Assembly: GCA_963720465.1 (NCBI GenBank)
Contig: OY970393.1
Span: 1,663,277 to 1,727,276, forward strand
Direction: 5' to 3'
From: Methanobacteriota archaeon
GTDB taxonomy: Archaea > Halobacteriota > Bog-38 > Methanoflorentales > Methanoflorentaceae
Length of the DNA: 64,000 nt
Shown here: piece by piece, positions 18,319-29,126 of the stretch
Numbering within the stretch: position 1 is the stretch's first letter
How the letters are laid out: every line of letters begins with the position of its first letter
Notes under the pieces: generated by a model
Databases searched by the model: none
The model's input: only the letters and a program-made list of their open reading frames with translations
What the model was told of the DNA's origin: nothing
Position numbers and translations under genes: made by a program

Positions 18319-19719
18319 CTAGTACAAGAGAGTGAGGTTCTCCTTGCCCTTTGCGCCTTCTTCTCGCTCAGCTTCTGACTGTTCGAGGCTTTGGTACGCC
18401 TTCATTACGTCGCTGAAGAGCAGCTCCACCATATCTCTGCTGAAGTTCTCCTTGATGACCATCCGCATCACGGCGACGTCCTGGGCGTTCTCGGGAAGAT
18501 AGTATGCAGGCACGATCCAGCCTTCTTGCCGGAGCTTATCGGACAGCTGGAAGACCGTGAAAGGTGCATCCTTCAAACGAAATGCCACGAGAGGGAGTGT
18601 TTTTTGTTTGTTGATGATCTCAAACTTGCCGGTATCGTTCAATTTTTCGGCGAGGTAATGGCCGTTGTTCATCATGTTCGTCATAATATCGGTGTAGCCG
18701 CTTCTGCCCAGCCGAATGAAGTTATAGTATTGCGCGATAATGGTGCTGCTACTCTTAGAGAAGTTGAGCGAGTAGTTCGTCATCTCTCCTCCCAGGTAAT
18801 TAATACGGAACACCAACTCGTCAGGGAGATCGTTTTTATCCTTCATGACGAGCCACCCGATGCCGGGGTAAACCAGGCCATATTTGTGCCCCGACGCGTT
18901 GATTGATCTCACCTGTTCGAGCCTAAAGTCCCATTCGAGATCGGGCCGGACGAACGGTGCGACAAACGCGCCGCTTGCCCCGTCGACGTGCAGGGGTATA
19001 TCCCAGCCTTTCGTGTTCTTTATGTTAACGAGCAGGTCGTTGATCTCCTTGATCGGGTCCATCTGTCCGGTAAAGGTAGTACCGAGAACCGCGGCGACGC
19101 ATATGGTATTTTCGTCAACTTGGGCAGCTACTTCATCGGCGCTGATAACGTACGTGTCCTCTTGGAGTGGAATCAGCTTCAGTTCGACGTCGAAGTAGCG
19201 GGCGCTTTTCTCCCACACCGTGTGGACGTCCGCCCCCATCACGATATTCGGGTTGTCGCACTGCTTTCCCTCTGCCTGTCGGCGCTTTCTCCAGGTCCAC
19301 TTGTACGCTAACACAGCGAGCATGATAGCCTCTGATGATCCTATGGTCGCAGTCCCGACGGATTCGCAGTCTTCAGGAGCGTTGAACAAGCGGGCTAGCA
19401 TGTTTACCACGCGTTCCTGTATGATTGTAGTCTGAGGGTACTCATCATTGTCGACGTAGTTCTTGTCGAGGCTTTCCGCGATGAGCTGGTTCGCCTCCGG
19501 CTCCATCCACGTGGTGACAAAGCTGGCAAGGTTTAGCGAGGGGTTTCCATCGAGGTTCAGCTCATCGTGAATGAGCTGGTAGGCGGCTTGGGCAGGCATC
19601 CCATTGTCAGGCATTACGTATTTCGGCACCGGTTCGCCGAAATAGCGACGGCCGTATGCCGTGGTGTGATCTGTCTCCGATTCTTTCTTCGTGCTTAGAT
19701 CTACCTTCTTTGATAACAT
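18319..19719 (-). CDS. gadB: glutamate decarboxylase (PLP-dependent)
   Basis: 466 aa with the PLP-lysine region [18 protein letters not shown] and N-terminal ..[36 protein letters not shown].., typical of GadA/GadB-type GAD. AGGAG lies upstream of the ATG. Confidence 0.93.
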   Translation of the reverse strand: MLSKKVDLSTKKESETDHTTAYGRRYFGEPVPKYVMPDNGMPAQAAYQLIHDELNLDGNPSLNLASFVTTWMEPEANQLIAESLDKNYVDNDEYPQTTIIQERVVNMLARLFNAPEDCESVGTATIGSSEAIMLAVLAYKWTWRKRRQAEGKQCDNPNIVMGADVHTVWEKSARYFDVELKLIPLQEDTYVISADEVAAQVDENTICVAAVLGTTFTGQMDPIKEINDLLVNIKNTKGWDIPLHVDGASGAFVAPFVRPDLEWDFRLEQVRSINASGHKYGLVYPGIGWLVMKDKNDLPDELVFRINYLGGEMTNYSLNFSKSSSTIIAQYYNFIRLGRSGYTDIMTNMMNNGHYLAEKLNDTGKFEIINKQKTLPLVAFRLKDAPFTVFQLSDKLRQEGWIVPAYYLPENAQDVAVMRMVIKENFSRDMVELLFSDVMKAYQSLEQSEAEREEGAKGKENLTLLY

Positions 19720-20012
19720 GAAAATCTCCTTTTTGCATTAGAGCGGTCTTGTCTTTGATGGGGAGAACCCCCTCAGTTTCAGTCGAACGCTCCTGAGTCT
19801 GCCGTTTTCAATTTCGACTTAGCTCGAGCGCGTCCACGACCGTCGGGCAGAAAGTATAAACCGTCTTGCTTGTTAAGGTTTTTTGGTGTTTCCAGCGCCA
19901 ATATTTAGGGATTCGACCTGACAAATCAAAACGAATGTGGACGGGAAAAACGGGTGGGAGCGTTCACCTCCATATACGAGGATCCTAGTCTCTAGCTTGC
20001 TGCCTGAGGGTC

Positions 20013-20813
20013 GTGTATGCCTTAACGGAAGTATCGTCTATGACAAGTGAGCTCCTCGAGGAGTCAGATCGATTCCGCGCAGCGCTGACGTCACGCGCAC
20101 GGCGCAAGCGTTACTCGCATCTAAACGTCGATCGTGGGTCGACGCTGTGGGCGCCACGCGCAATCGGCTGGTGGATTGGCATTTTGTTTGCGGTAGGATC
20201 TACCTGCTTCGCGGTAGGCGCTCTCCCTGCATATCTCTCGGCGGTGGGTCCTGAGGCTGATGCACTCACTTTCTTTGTCGGATCCTTATGGTTTACAAGC
20301 GCTGCATTCCTGCAAGTCGTGGAGTCGGCAAACGTCGATGACATTGAGGGGCAACCTGAAGTTTCGTCCAGAATTCGCCTATTGGCGTCGTTACCGCGTC
20401 GAATTGACTGGTGGGCGACGATCGTGCAGTTCGCAGGTACGCTGTTTTTCAACGGCACGACGTTCAACGCTTTGCGTGCCAACCTTACGACACATCAGCT
20501 CAATCGGCTCGTTTGGGCGCCAGACGCGTTTGGCTCGACGTGCTTTCTTATCGCAAGTGGGCTCGCGTGGTTTGAAGTGTGCCGCGCGGTCAGCTGTTGG
20601 CGATTGCGAAGCCTGCCGTGGTGGATCACGGCCCTCAACCTGTTGGGCTCAATCGCCTTCGGCATCTCTGCAGTCGCGTCGTTTGTGTTGCCGACGACGG
20701 GTGTTCCGATAAACGTCGCTCTCGTAAACTTGGGCACGTTCGTGGGCGCGGGGTGTTTCTTCATCGGTGCGGTATTGCTGCTGCCAGAGCGCACGCAAAC
20801 TGATTCTAATTGA
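20013..20813 (+). CDS. integral membrane protein with two YrhK-like repeats
   Basis: Repeated W..G..FA.GS.CF..(A/S)..P motif (WIGILFAVGSTCFAVGALP; FGSTCFLIASGLAW; LLGSIAFGISAV) and about 6 TM helices. Confidence 0.55.
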   Translation: MYALTEVSSMTSELLEESDRFRAALTSRARRKRYSHLNVDRGSTLWAPRAIGWWIGILFAVGSTCFAVGALPAYLSAVGPEADALTFFVGSLWFTSAAFLQVVESANVDDIEGQPEVSSRIRLLASLPRRIDWWATIVQFAGTLFFNGTTFNALRANLTTHQLNRLVWAPDAFGSTCFLIASGLAWFEVCRAVSCWRLRSLPWWITALNLLGSIAFGISAVASFVLPTTGVPINVALVNLGTFVGAGCFFIGAVLLLPERTQTDSN

Positions 20814-20885
20814 AAGCAGAATCCCACCCCCAATAATGTCTGCGGGCTAGCGACACCTTCGGCTTTATCAACGTGCCGCGTGACG

Positions 20886-22535
20886 TCATTCTCTGCGTTG
20901 TAGCCAGTCGTTGGCCCGCTTAAACGCCTCACGCGTCGATGAGCCGACCTCGTCTCGCGCCAAAAAGATATTCTGAGCGCCAAGGACCTCCCAATATTTT
21001 GACCGTCCTAGCTGCTCTTTGAGAGCGTCACTCACGCCCGTGAGTACGAGCTTGTGCCGTTGCTTTGAAGCTCTTGTGCATAGCGTCCGAGCACCTTGAG
21101 GAACGTGCTACCGAGTTCGCGGCGCCCACGGAGGCGCAATATTACTACAGCGCGTTTCGACTGCTTTGCTTCGGGAAGGAGACCCTGAAGGGTTGGTGCT
21201 GAAGCAAAGAACGCGCTCCCGTAGAAATCGAGGACCGTAACGCGATCACTCGGGAGAATCGCAGGCGGCTTGCGCTCGCGGACCGAACCGTCCTCGCTGA
21301 CCGTGAGTTCGACTAGCTGCATGTCTAGTGATGTTTTGTAGAGATGAAGAATGACAGAGACGGTGACGCCGAAAAGCACCGCGATCTGTATCGGCAGTAC
21401 CAAGGTCGCCCCAAAGGTAAGCACCAAGACCGTGCGCGAAGAGAGGCTGGTCAGCCACACCTCGCGAATCTGTTGACCCTGAATGATTTCGGCGCCAATA
21501 AACACAAGCAGTGCAGCAATCGTGGGGAGGGGAATGATTTTTAGCTGCGCGCCAAAAATGATGATGAGGGCCGCCACGAAAACACCCGTAAGGATATTCG
21601 TTATGTGTGTCTTCGCTCCGGCCGCCATTACAACGGCCGTCTGTGACACCGAGCCGCCGAGCGGCATGCCTTGGAAGAGGTCCGCAACAATATTGCTAAG
21701 ACCCTGTCCAGCGAAGTCGCGCGATGCGTCCGGATGCTCGCCGTCAGGATTCGGGATGGATGCTGCTGCTCACACCAACCCCCTGAATGAGTCCTATGAT
21801 GGCGACGGCAAGAGCCGAACCGATGACGACTGGGCTCAGCAATAGATTAGGAAGTGCAGGTAAAGGCGGGCCGATAGAGATCTCTGCGATGCTGCCAACG
21901 AGCGCTACGGTACCTAAGCCCAGGAGCTGAACAACAGCGGTCGTAACGACCACCGCCGTGACAGCGGCGAAGTTGCGCAGGCGGGTCCGGCGAATCGCGA
22001 TGATGATGGCGAGCGTGGCAATCCCGATGGATGCTGATATCGGGTTAATCAGGTTCAGGTGCGTGAACAGATCGAGCGTTTGCATCAGCGTGCTGCCTCC
22101 AGTAGCGCTGTAGCCGGTGAAACCACAGCTGTCCAAGGATGATAAGCACGGCAACGCCGCTCAAGAATCCGGTCATTACCGCATTCGAGACGAAGCGAGT
22201 GAAGCGCCCCAATTTCAGTAGCCCCGCTAACAGTTGAAACGCGCCAACGAGGAAAGTGAGCACGAACAGCGCCTCAATGCGGACGTTGCTTGCCACCCCG
22301 GAAAGTGACGCGCCGACGATAAGAGCTGTCGCGGCAGTGGTACTCACCGACATTAGCTCCGAGCTCGTTGAGAGACCAGCTACGGGAGTACCGACGATTA
22401 TCGCGCGTAGATCGGGTTAACGCCGGCAAGAACTGCGTCAGCTATCGCGCTTGCTATGTTTACGATGCCGTTCGTCAAGCCAGCGATCGTGTCGGCACTG
22501 AGACTTTCTGTGTAACGTTTCGGAATGGAAAGCAT
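20886..22535 (-). pseudogene. SulP-family anion transporter with STAS domain, at least 4 frameshifts
   Basis: Five collinear pieces lie in different frames. They are MLSIPKRYTESLSADTIAGLTNGIVNIASAIADAVLAGVNPIYA, then ..MSVSTTAATALIVGA..ILGQL, then GFTGYSATGGSTLMQ..IGLIQGVGVS, then DFAGQGLSNIVADLFQGMPLGGSVSQTAV..STAS, then KLVLTGVSDALKEQLGRSKYWEVLGAQNIFLARDEVGSSTREAFKRANDWLQRRE*. Confidence 0.85.
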
Positions 22536-22787
22536 CCGCTCACTTTTTGCTGCGTCCCTGAACACGATCTACGTCTAGCTCCGCACAGCCCTGGTAAGCT
22601 TAGGCGTGTTAAACAACTCTTATTGGGCTTAGCTGCAATCGTGCGATCGTACTCACGGGCTTGAGTGCCGATTTTTGGTGGAGGACGGTAGCTCGAACGG
22701 CTTTTTGCAGCTCTGCCGATCACGCGACCGCGAATGGTTGCGAGTATCTAGTGAGATTGCGACTCTAAGAATTGAAAATAGAACGTT

Positions 22788-23888
22788 TCACGTCCCGCTC
22801 GCCTGAGTGACTGCCGGTGGTTGGGCTTCCTGCTCTTTTTGGATGTCCTTCCACGTTCTCCACATAGCAAGGGCGAAGCCGACGATCGCAGGACCGATAG
22901 CAAATCCGACGACGCCAAACGCCACGAGAGCGAACGTGAACGCGATGAGCGTAAGCGGGCGCGGCACCTTGCCGGTTCGTTCCATCCACCGAGGTTGGAT
23001 GGTGTACCGAAGGATCCCTTCAAAAACGATGATGCTAACAACAAGCACGATAAGCCCGGTGATCGCATGCCCTGAAATTATGAGCCAAAGCGCGAGAGGG
23101 ACATAAATAAGGGCACGTCCGATGGAAGGAATGAGGCCCACGAAAACGATAAAGACTGCGAATGTGACGAAAAACGGTACGCCTAGTAACCCATATATGA
23201 TGGCGGCAAGTATGCCGCAGATGATGGCCACGGCGAAGTATATGACGAAGAAGCTGTAGTAGATCGGGTTGAGATGGTCGAAGAATCGATTGGTGAGGGA
23301 CCGATACTTTAGTGGAACAGCACTCTTGAAGTCGTTGACGATGATATCCCCTCTGCCAAGGATACCAAGTAGCAGGAAGAAGACGATAATAAGCTGGAGC
23401 AACAAAACGGGGATGCTGACCAAAACTTGCCGGACAACGTCTCGTGCCGTGTCAACGAACGTGGCTGTTATGCCGCCACCGCTGGTTGCAAGAGCGGCGA
23501 TGAGTGCGGCGATGGGTCCCGCTTTTGCGAGGCCTGGGATGACATTGAAGGTGCCTATAAGTCCCGTATCAATAGATGCGCTTGACGCTGACGCTGCCGA
23601 AGCGAGTTGTACGAGTTGCTGCGCGACGATGACGGTTACGCTGACGAGAGCCAGCGCCAGAACAACGCCAGTGACAATGAGAACGATAAGGGCCGCTAAG
23701 TAACGCCGGTGAATGTATTTTTCCAGCCACACCGTCGGCCAGTACAGGACGTACGCGCCCTAGAGGGTTAGTATCAAGGGATACTTCCACGGCCAGACCA
23801 TATACAAAAGAAAGAGCAGAATCGCAATGGCTACAAGAATGAATGGAAGGCTACTCCACCTCTTTTCGAAAAACGAAAGGTCAACCAT
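22788..23888 (-). pseudogene. AI-2E (PerM/UPF0118) family transporter with an in-frame TAG at a conserved Trp codon
   Basis: The ATG at 23888 opens the same frame as the listed ORF. ..LLYMVWPWKYPLILTL*GAYVLYWPTVWLEKYIHRRYL aligns with the paralogue ..LLISWPWINVILITLWAAYILWFPARWLERRIHRRKL. The TAG is at 23760-23762. Confidence 0.8.
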
Positions 23889-24019
23889 GGCTCAATGGCT
23901 CGGCCGCTTGTCCAGCCCAACGCCTAGCTGCGGCAAAGTTTAATACTAAGATGAAAAAACTTTTATTTGAAGTTTTTGATTTTGTTTCGCGTTCGCTAGC
24001 GAAAACCTGCCGGTATGCC

Positions 24020-24190
24020 GGTCGTGCGATGCGGGGCATTTGCCACCTCTCGTTCTTATTCAGCGTAGCGACGGCTAGAACATATCAACTAGTATATTGG
24101 CCTTGCAACCGCAACGGCGCTCGGGATAGGGGCGGCTGTCGGGCAGCGGATTGCGCACGTGCTGCACGGCAAGACGGGCCTACGGAACGT
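24020..24190 (+). pseudogene. ClC channel 3' fragment no. 1 (about 55 codons, frameshifted)
   Basis: ..LSFLFSVATARTYQL then ILGLATATALGIGAAVGQRIAHVLHGK aligns with the intact ClC LLTVTVATASTYELGYIGLATATALVIGTAFKTRMAQRTAK. Confidence 0.55.
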
Positions 24191-24468
24191 GACTCGAACT
24201 GACTTCTCACGATCGAACGGCGAGGGCTGGGCACATTTTAGAAACCACGGCAAGAGTTGCATGATTAGCCGCGCGAGACGTCCCAAGGTTGTGGGCGTGC
24301 CGGAAATTGGACGACGCGCTCACCTCGTGTCTGCGTTCGATAAAATCTCTATTCTGTGCGAGCTAGCCGCAAAAAAGGTGGAGATGGGTTACACCCATCT
24401 TCTCGCGCTAGCAACTCTAACCCCATTAGTAGAGCCTGCTTTTCGCGCACTCATTTTTCAGCCTGCCT

Positions 24469-24723
24469 TTATATTCCTAGGATCTTCTTCTTCGACGCCG
24501 CGAACTCTTCATCTGTTAGCACGCCTTGGTTGTGGAGCTCGGCCAGTTTCTTCAACTGGGCAGTCGGATCGTCGCTAGCTGGTGCCGCAGCTGGTGCTGC
24601 AGCTGGTGCCGCGGCCGCAGGCGCCGGGGCCTCCTGTGCGGCAGCCTGCTGTGCTTGAGCCTGCTGGGCTCTCCGTTCTCCCGCTCTCATTCCTACAACA
24701 AGCGCTGCTCCTCTTCCTCTCAT
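24469..24723 (-). CDS. SHOCT-domain protein
   Basis: C-terminal LKKLAELHNQGVLTDEEFAASKKKILG is the SHOCT signature. It is preceded by an Ala/Pro/Gln low-complexity linker. Confidence 0.8.
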   Translation of the reverse strand: MRGRGAALVVGMRAGERRAQQAQAQQAAAQEAPAPAAAAPAAAPAAAPASDDPTAQLKKLAELHNQGVLTDEEFAASKKKILGI

Positions 24724-24726
24724 TGT

Positions 24727-25170
24727 TCAGTCACCTCTTTTTGCCATATCTTGCGCTACCTTTTGGATATTTTCCGGGGGGATCCGCCCCATGTCGATCA
24801 CCTCGGCATTCATTTCAAGGAGATCCTCCTTCAATTTGATGGCCCAGACGTTCTCGAACAGGAGCAGGCCGGCCGAGCTATTGTTGGGCAACGATGCGGC
24901 GATCTCCTCTATATCGCCTTCCGAGAACCATTCGCGGGTATTCTTTGAGAGTTCATTGAATGCTGCACGCGCTTCCCCTGGCAGGTCGACTGCCTCGGAT
25001 GTGACCAGTTTCCCGTTCTCATCCTTGACAATGAAAACCATATCGATCACCCGGATGATACCTTGTTTTTCAAGTTTCAAAAGCTCAGGGGCACCCTTAC
25101 CACTGAACTTGCTCCCGGGAAACCTAACCATAAGGTAGTCCACCGGACCCATCATATTTGCTTGTGTCAT
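24727..25170 (-). CDS. DUF6325-like protein (family usually paired with SHOCT proteins)
   Basis: MGPVDYLMVRFPGSKFSGKGAPELLKLEKQGIIRVIDMVFIVKDENGKL..LLLFENVWA pattern. The stop is 3 nt before the SHOCT gene start. The family name is recalled from memory. Confidence 0.6.
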   Translation of the reverse strand: MTQANMMGPVDYLMVRFPGSKFSGKGAPELLKLEKQGIIRVIDMVFIVKDENGKLVTSEAVDLPGEARAAFNELSKNTREWFSEGDIEEIAASLPNNSSAGLLLFENVWAIKLKEDLLEMNAEVIDMGRIPPENIQKVAQDMAKRGD

Positions 25171-26226
25171 AATGCTCCTTCATATGCGCCCCCACGAAGA
25201 GGATGCCATAGGGTAACTGGTAGCCTCCATTTAAAATATCTTCCCCGACGATTATATCGCATCGCTGGAGAGGCGGGAAATCTTTCGATAGCACATGGCA
25301 GCAGCTACGGCCTACGCAAAAAACGACTTTAGTGACTCTAGCGCGAGCACAGTGGCATTGAAATAAATAGTTAAAGCACAAAAAGAGAGGCGAAGCGGTA
25401 GCTGAAAAAGCGCATCGCCAGTTACTACGTAGATAACGGAGGTGAAAAACTTGGTAGGACCAGCGGGAAAAGCCGCAGCCGTTCATCATCACAGAGACAA
25501 GAAGGATGATGATAAGAAGGATAACGACGTCATAGAACACAAGGGAGCGGCGGTTGCAGCAAGTCGAAGACGCAAATAGAGGGAGACGGGCCCTCAAAAC
25601 AGCAGCATAGAGCACCGCGTGTTCTAATAAGCTCTTCTTTCTTTTTTTACCTTTATTCTTAGGAAGGCATGATCAAGGTACCTAATGACGGCTTTCTGCG
25701 TGAGGAACTGACCGGGCTAGGAATATTATGGTCAGTAGCAACAAAAAAAGAGTATATATCTATGCGTTATCAGAAGGAAAAACAAAACAGGCTGCGGAGC
25801 GAGAAGGCAGCGACTAACGAACACGAACTAAATGTACTTGCGCTCCTCGGCATGGGCAAGCAGGGCATGTCGTATGGGCGCATTGCTGCTGAACAAGACG
25901 CTACCGCAATCCACAGCTATGGAGAATCGCCCAATATAAGCCTCATTACTGCCTTTTGGATGGCAACATCCGCCGCGCGAAGCTGGGAGGTTTGCGGGTC
26001 TTAAGCATCTTCTATGGGCGATATCAGCGAGAAATGCCAATGATCCGTCGCAAATAGTCTGATAGACTTACGCGCCACGCCTCGCGAATTCGTTCTGGCT
26101 AAATGCCCTCACACCTGCAACGATCAGAAGCGCGGCAATAGCTGCCAATGGACCCCACTAACCCCCAAGCGAGAATCGCGAGCGCTAGAAAAACCGACGC
26201 TGCTGCACTGCTCAAGGCGGCGGCGG

Positions 26227-26357
26227 TTCGCCGCACAAGTTCAAAGGAGACGATATCCTGACGATTCACGAAGGATCAACTTCTCAACCGAGCCAGGGCT
26301 TTATGTAACGGTGAAAGAGGCGTACGAGATGTGGAAGGCCGAGCCCTCGCCAATATA
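26227..26357 (+). pseudogene. 5' remnant (leader plus about 30 codons) of a rhodanese paralogue, start codon mutated
   Basis: ttcgccgcacaagttcaaaggagacgatatcCTGacg.. aligns with tctcgccgcacaagtttgaaggagagaatatcATGacg.. at 35497. GLYVTVKEAYEMWKAEP aligns with GLYVTAKEAYEMWKTAP. Confidence 0.6.
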
Positions 26358-26617
26358 ACAAGAGGACTTTCAATTTCTTTCTCTAAAGCTTTTTGAGTGT
26401 TTGCCGGGTTTGCAAGCGGTTACGCGTTTCTTGAGTCACCTCGCGCCTTTAGAACATGCTGGGTCGCCGATATTAAGCTTTGACTCTGACAGCCTCTCGG
26501 ACGTTTTGAAGCCCTGAGGGCATATCATCCAAGAATTGACCAAAATCAGAACCTTGATATAGACAAAAGCCGCCTTACTTGTGGCTGTTCACGGCGCGAT
26601 CGCAAAAACCAAGCAGG

Positions 26618-27721
26618 ATGGTAGAAGTGATTGACATTGGCCGGTTCTTTGCAGAACGACGCTATGCGGCGATAGTTTTGCTTATCGCAGTCGTTACTGC
26701 GTTCCTGGTGCTTCTCATTTCCTGGCCGTGGATCAACGTGATTCTCATCACGCTGTGGGCGGCATATATCCTCTGGTTTCCTGCACGGTGGCTCGAGCGG
26801 CGCATCCACAGGCGCAAATTATCGTCGTTTCTCATTATACTCCTTATCATCGTGGCGTATGTAGGGATGGTGTTTCAGGGCGTTTACATACTCGCAGATG
26901 ATCTCACAAGTTATCAGGTCACTTTCGGAACTTCGAACACGACGATTACCAGCGCGTTATCGCATTACCTTGGTGGCGCCCCCGCAGTCACTAACGTTAC
27001 CGTAGATGCGGGACAGGCGGGATCCACTATCCTCACCGCGTTCGCTAATGCCACATTAGCCATCGTTCAAGGTGCGATTAAGTCGGCGCCGATCTTTCTG
27101 TTTCAACTTTTCATTATCACGCTTTTAGTTTGGTTTTTGTTGGTCAACGGCGATCGCATTGTAGCAGAGTTCAAGTCACTGGCCCCGCCCACGCACCAGA
27201 ACACCGTGGATGCCTTTTTAGGGCACGTTGACGCGATATACCACGCGCTCTATGTGAACTATATCTTCGCGGCGGTTATCAGTTTCATCATCGCGCTCTT
27301 CTTCTTCCCGTTGATTGGCGTGCCCTATGCGCTAACAGCGGCCTTCCTCATGCTCACCATCGGCATCATCCCGATCATCGGGCGGGCGCTTGTGTACGTT
27401 CCTGTCTCGCTTTACTTCTTGGTAATTGGTGACCCAGTCAAAGCGCTGTGGGTGCTCATTGTTAGCGTTATCTTGTTCCAAATCATTGTAGGGCTTTATA
27501 TCATTCCCTTCTTGGGACATAGGGGAAGAGCTGGCATACCAAAACCAGTCGCTCTCCTCGCCTACGTCGTTCCATTTGCGGCCCTCGGCCTTATAGGGGT
27601 AATTGTGGGCCCAGCGGTATACGGGTTTGCTCTCGCCCTGTACCGAACCTATCGCGGCCAGCGAATGGAAGAGGACGCGGTAGCCGAGCAATCCTCCCGC
27701 GCAGGCGCAGCACCTCCTTGA
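26618..27721 (+). CDS. AI-2E (PerM/UPF0118) family transporter
   Basis: Multi-TM protein with the conserved C-terminal region IGIIPIIGRALVYVPVSLYFL..GDPVKALWVLIV. The start is taken at ATG 26618 (MVEVIDIG..), which aligns with the MVDLSFF.. start of the paralogue. Confidence 0.85.
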   Translation: MVEVIDIGRFFAERRYAAIVLLIAVVTAFLVLLISWPWINVILITLWAAYILWFPARWLERRIHRRKLSSFLIILLIIVAYVGMVFQGVYILADDLTSYQVTFGTSNTTITSALSHYLGGAPAVTNVTVDAGQAGSTILTAFANATLAIVQGAIKSAPIFLFQLFIITLLVWFLLVNGDRIVAEFKSLAPPTHQNTVDAFLGHVDAIYHALYVNYIFAAVISFIIALFFFPLIGVPYALTAAFLMLTIGIIPIIGRALVYVPVSLYFLVIGDPVKALWVLIVSVILFQIIVGLYIIPFLGHRGRAGIPKPVALLAYVVPFAALGLIGVIVGPAVYGFALALYRTYRGQRMEEDAVAEQSSRAGAAPP

Positions 27722-28040
27722 GATGCCGCTCATGTTAGAAAGTATGCGCTAGATACGCAGATTGGTGACCGATCGGATCTGTTGAGCAATATTGGAGCTA
27801 TAAGTACGTCTGTTCGGAGGTTCGCTTGAGCCGAGTTCTAGTGCCCTTCAACGTGAAGCTCGTCACGATCGCTTTTGTCAGCATGGCGAGGACGTCGGTT
27901 TTTTTAAAAAAATAGCAATGCGGCGGCCAAATGCTAGGTTAAGCACTAACCCAACAGTATTCTTACTAGAGCTTAGAGCCCGAAAAACTGTTTCTGCTTC
28001 GCTCAAAACTGTCGCTGTAGGGCCGGATCAAGCGGCCTTG

Positions 28041-28550
28041 CTACAAGACGTGAAGCGGCCAGAATTGTCGTAGGACTACAATCCCTACAACCAGAGAGAG
28101 CGTCCAGCTCGCAACGAGAAGTGCTATCACTGTTTTGTTAACTGGATTCACGCGCGAGATGTCTCGTGCCTGCTGGCGGCAAATATCGAGAAGTTCACAA
28201 GGGATCATCCTCTTCATCAATGCCAAACCGAGCAGGGTTACAAGCAAATCGTCCAGTTGGCCAAGCACTGGAATGCAATCAGGGATGAGATTCACGGGGC
28301 TTACGTCATAAGCGACTGCGCCTGCTGCGCAGGCTTTGGCGTACCAGGGGACTTCCGGGTGTTTTAGTGCCGTGTAAAGCACGGCGAGCTCTTGCGCGAG
28401 ACGGTTCGGGCATCTCCTCCAGCCGGCGAATGCGGAGCTTTTCCGTGCCGCCCCCGTCGACTCGGCGCGGAATAACTCGTGCAAGAGTGGTGCCTTGTGA
28501 GTGAACCCTGAACCGCTCATACCCGCCTCCTCGAACCCTTCACGGGCCAC
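28041..28550 (-). CDS. DUF1232 (YkvA-like) membrane protein
   Basis: AVAYDVSPVNLIPDCIPVLGQLDDLLVTLLGL is the D.IPD.IP..G..DD signature of DUF1232. Confidence 0.75.
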   Translation of the reverse strand: MAREGFEEAGMSGSGFTHKAPLLHELFRAESTGAARKSSAFAGWRRCPNRLAQELAVLYTALKHPEVPWYAKACAAGAVAYDVSPVNLIPDCIPVLGQLDDLLVTLLGLALMKRMIPCELLDICRQQARDISRVNPVNKTVIALLVASWTLSLVVGIVVLRQFWPLHVL

Positions 28551-29126
28551 TTACGTCGCGGACAATAAGGTTGCCTTAGTCAGCTGGACCGACCGAGTGT
28601 CGGTTCTCCTAAGCCGCCGTTGAAATGCCCAGATTTGACGTATTCGTCGCATCGCAAGCAACTCCTGCTCATCATCCGAGCCGTGATACTGCCGATATGG
28701 CCTTTTTGCGCCAGCGAATGCTAACGACGACCAGGTTTTTTGTAATAGCGTTGTCATTCTATTTTAACGTTCCACGCTGCGACCGCTTGACTGCGGCACC
28801 GCCAAAGAACAACCGCGGCGTTTTCTCGCTCTCAGCTCGTACAGTAGTTTTCAGGATCAAATTCAGGGAAAAGCGAAAGAAATTACGCACTATGGAGCTG
28901 TCCCGAATTTAACGGGCAAATCTTATTAACGGAACAGCCTCCTTCGTTGTAGTACGCAGTTGTATGCTCAGTACAAGCAGCAGAATAGCGAGGGGGGGGA
29001 GTTATGTTGTTGGGAACGTGCTGCTCAAGGACCCTCCTGTCTTTCACGCTCTCACTCAAGCACGACGAGAAAGTTGCGCGCCGTACCGGCTAAGGTCGGG
29101 AGCCATTTTTCTAGATGGGATGAATT

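Noticed and set aside
23760-23762. In-frame TAG in the AI-2E gene as a pyrrolysine codon.
   Set aside because: TAG is used as the ordinary stop of well-conserved genes here (lig 1581-1583, cls 5219-5221, the aquaporin at 49025-49027). The aligned residue in the paralogue is Trp, one transition away. No pyl genes are visible.
24560-24660. Tandem GC-rich repeat (gctggtgc[cg]gca.. units).
   Set aside because: It is explained by the Ala/Pro/Gln low-complexity linker (AAAPAAAPAAAPA, QQAQAQQAAAQ) of the SHOCT protein on the minus strand. It is not a CRISPR or satellite.
25438-25579. GGAGGTGAAAAAC followed by TTG and a 42-codon hydrophilic ORF, sharing 13 nt with the DUF308 leader.
   Set aside because: Similarity ends at the spacer. 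The peptide has no conserved copy and its composition (His/Asp/Lys-rich) is unconvincing. It may be a relic of a DUF308 5' end, but that cannot be supported.
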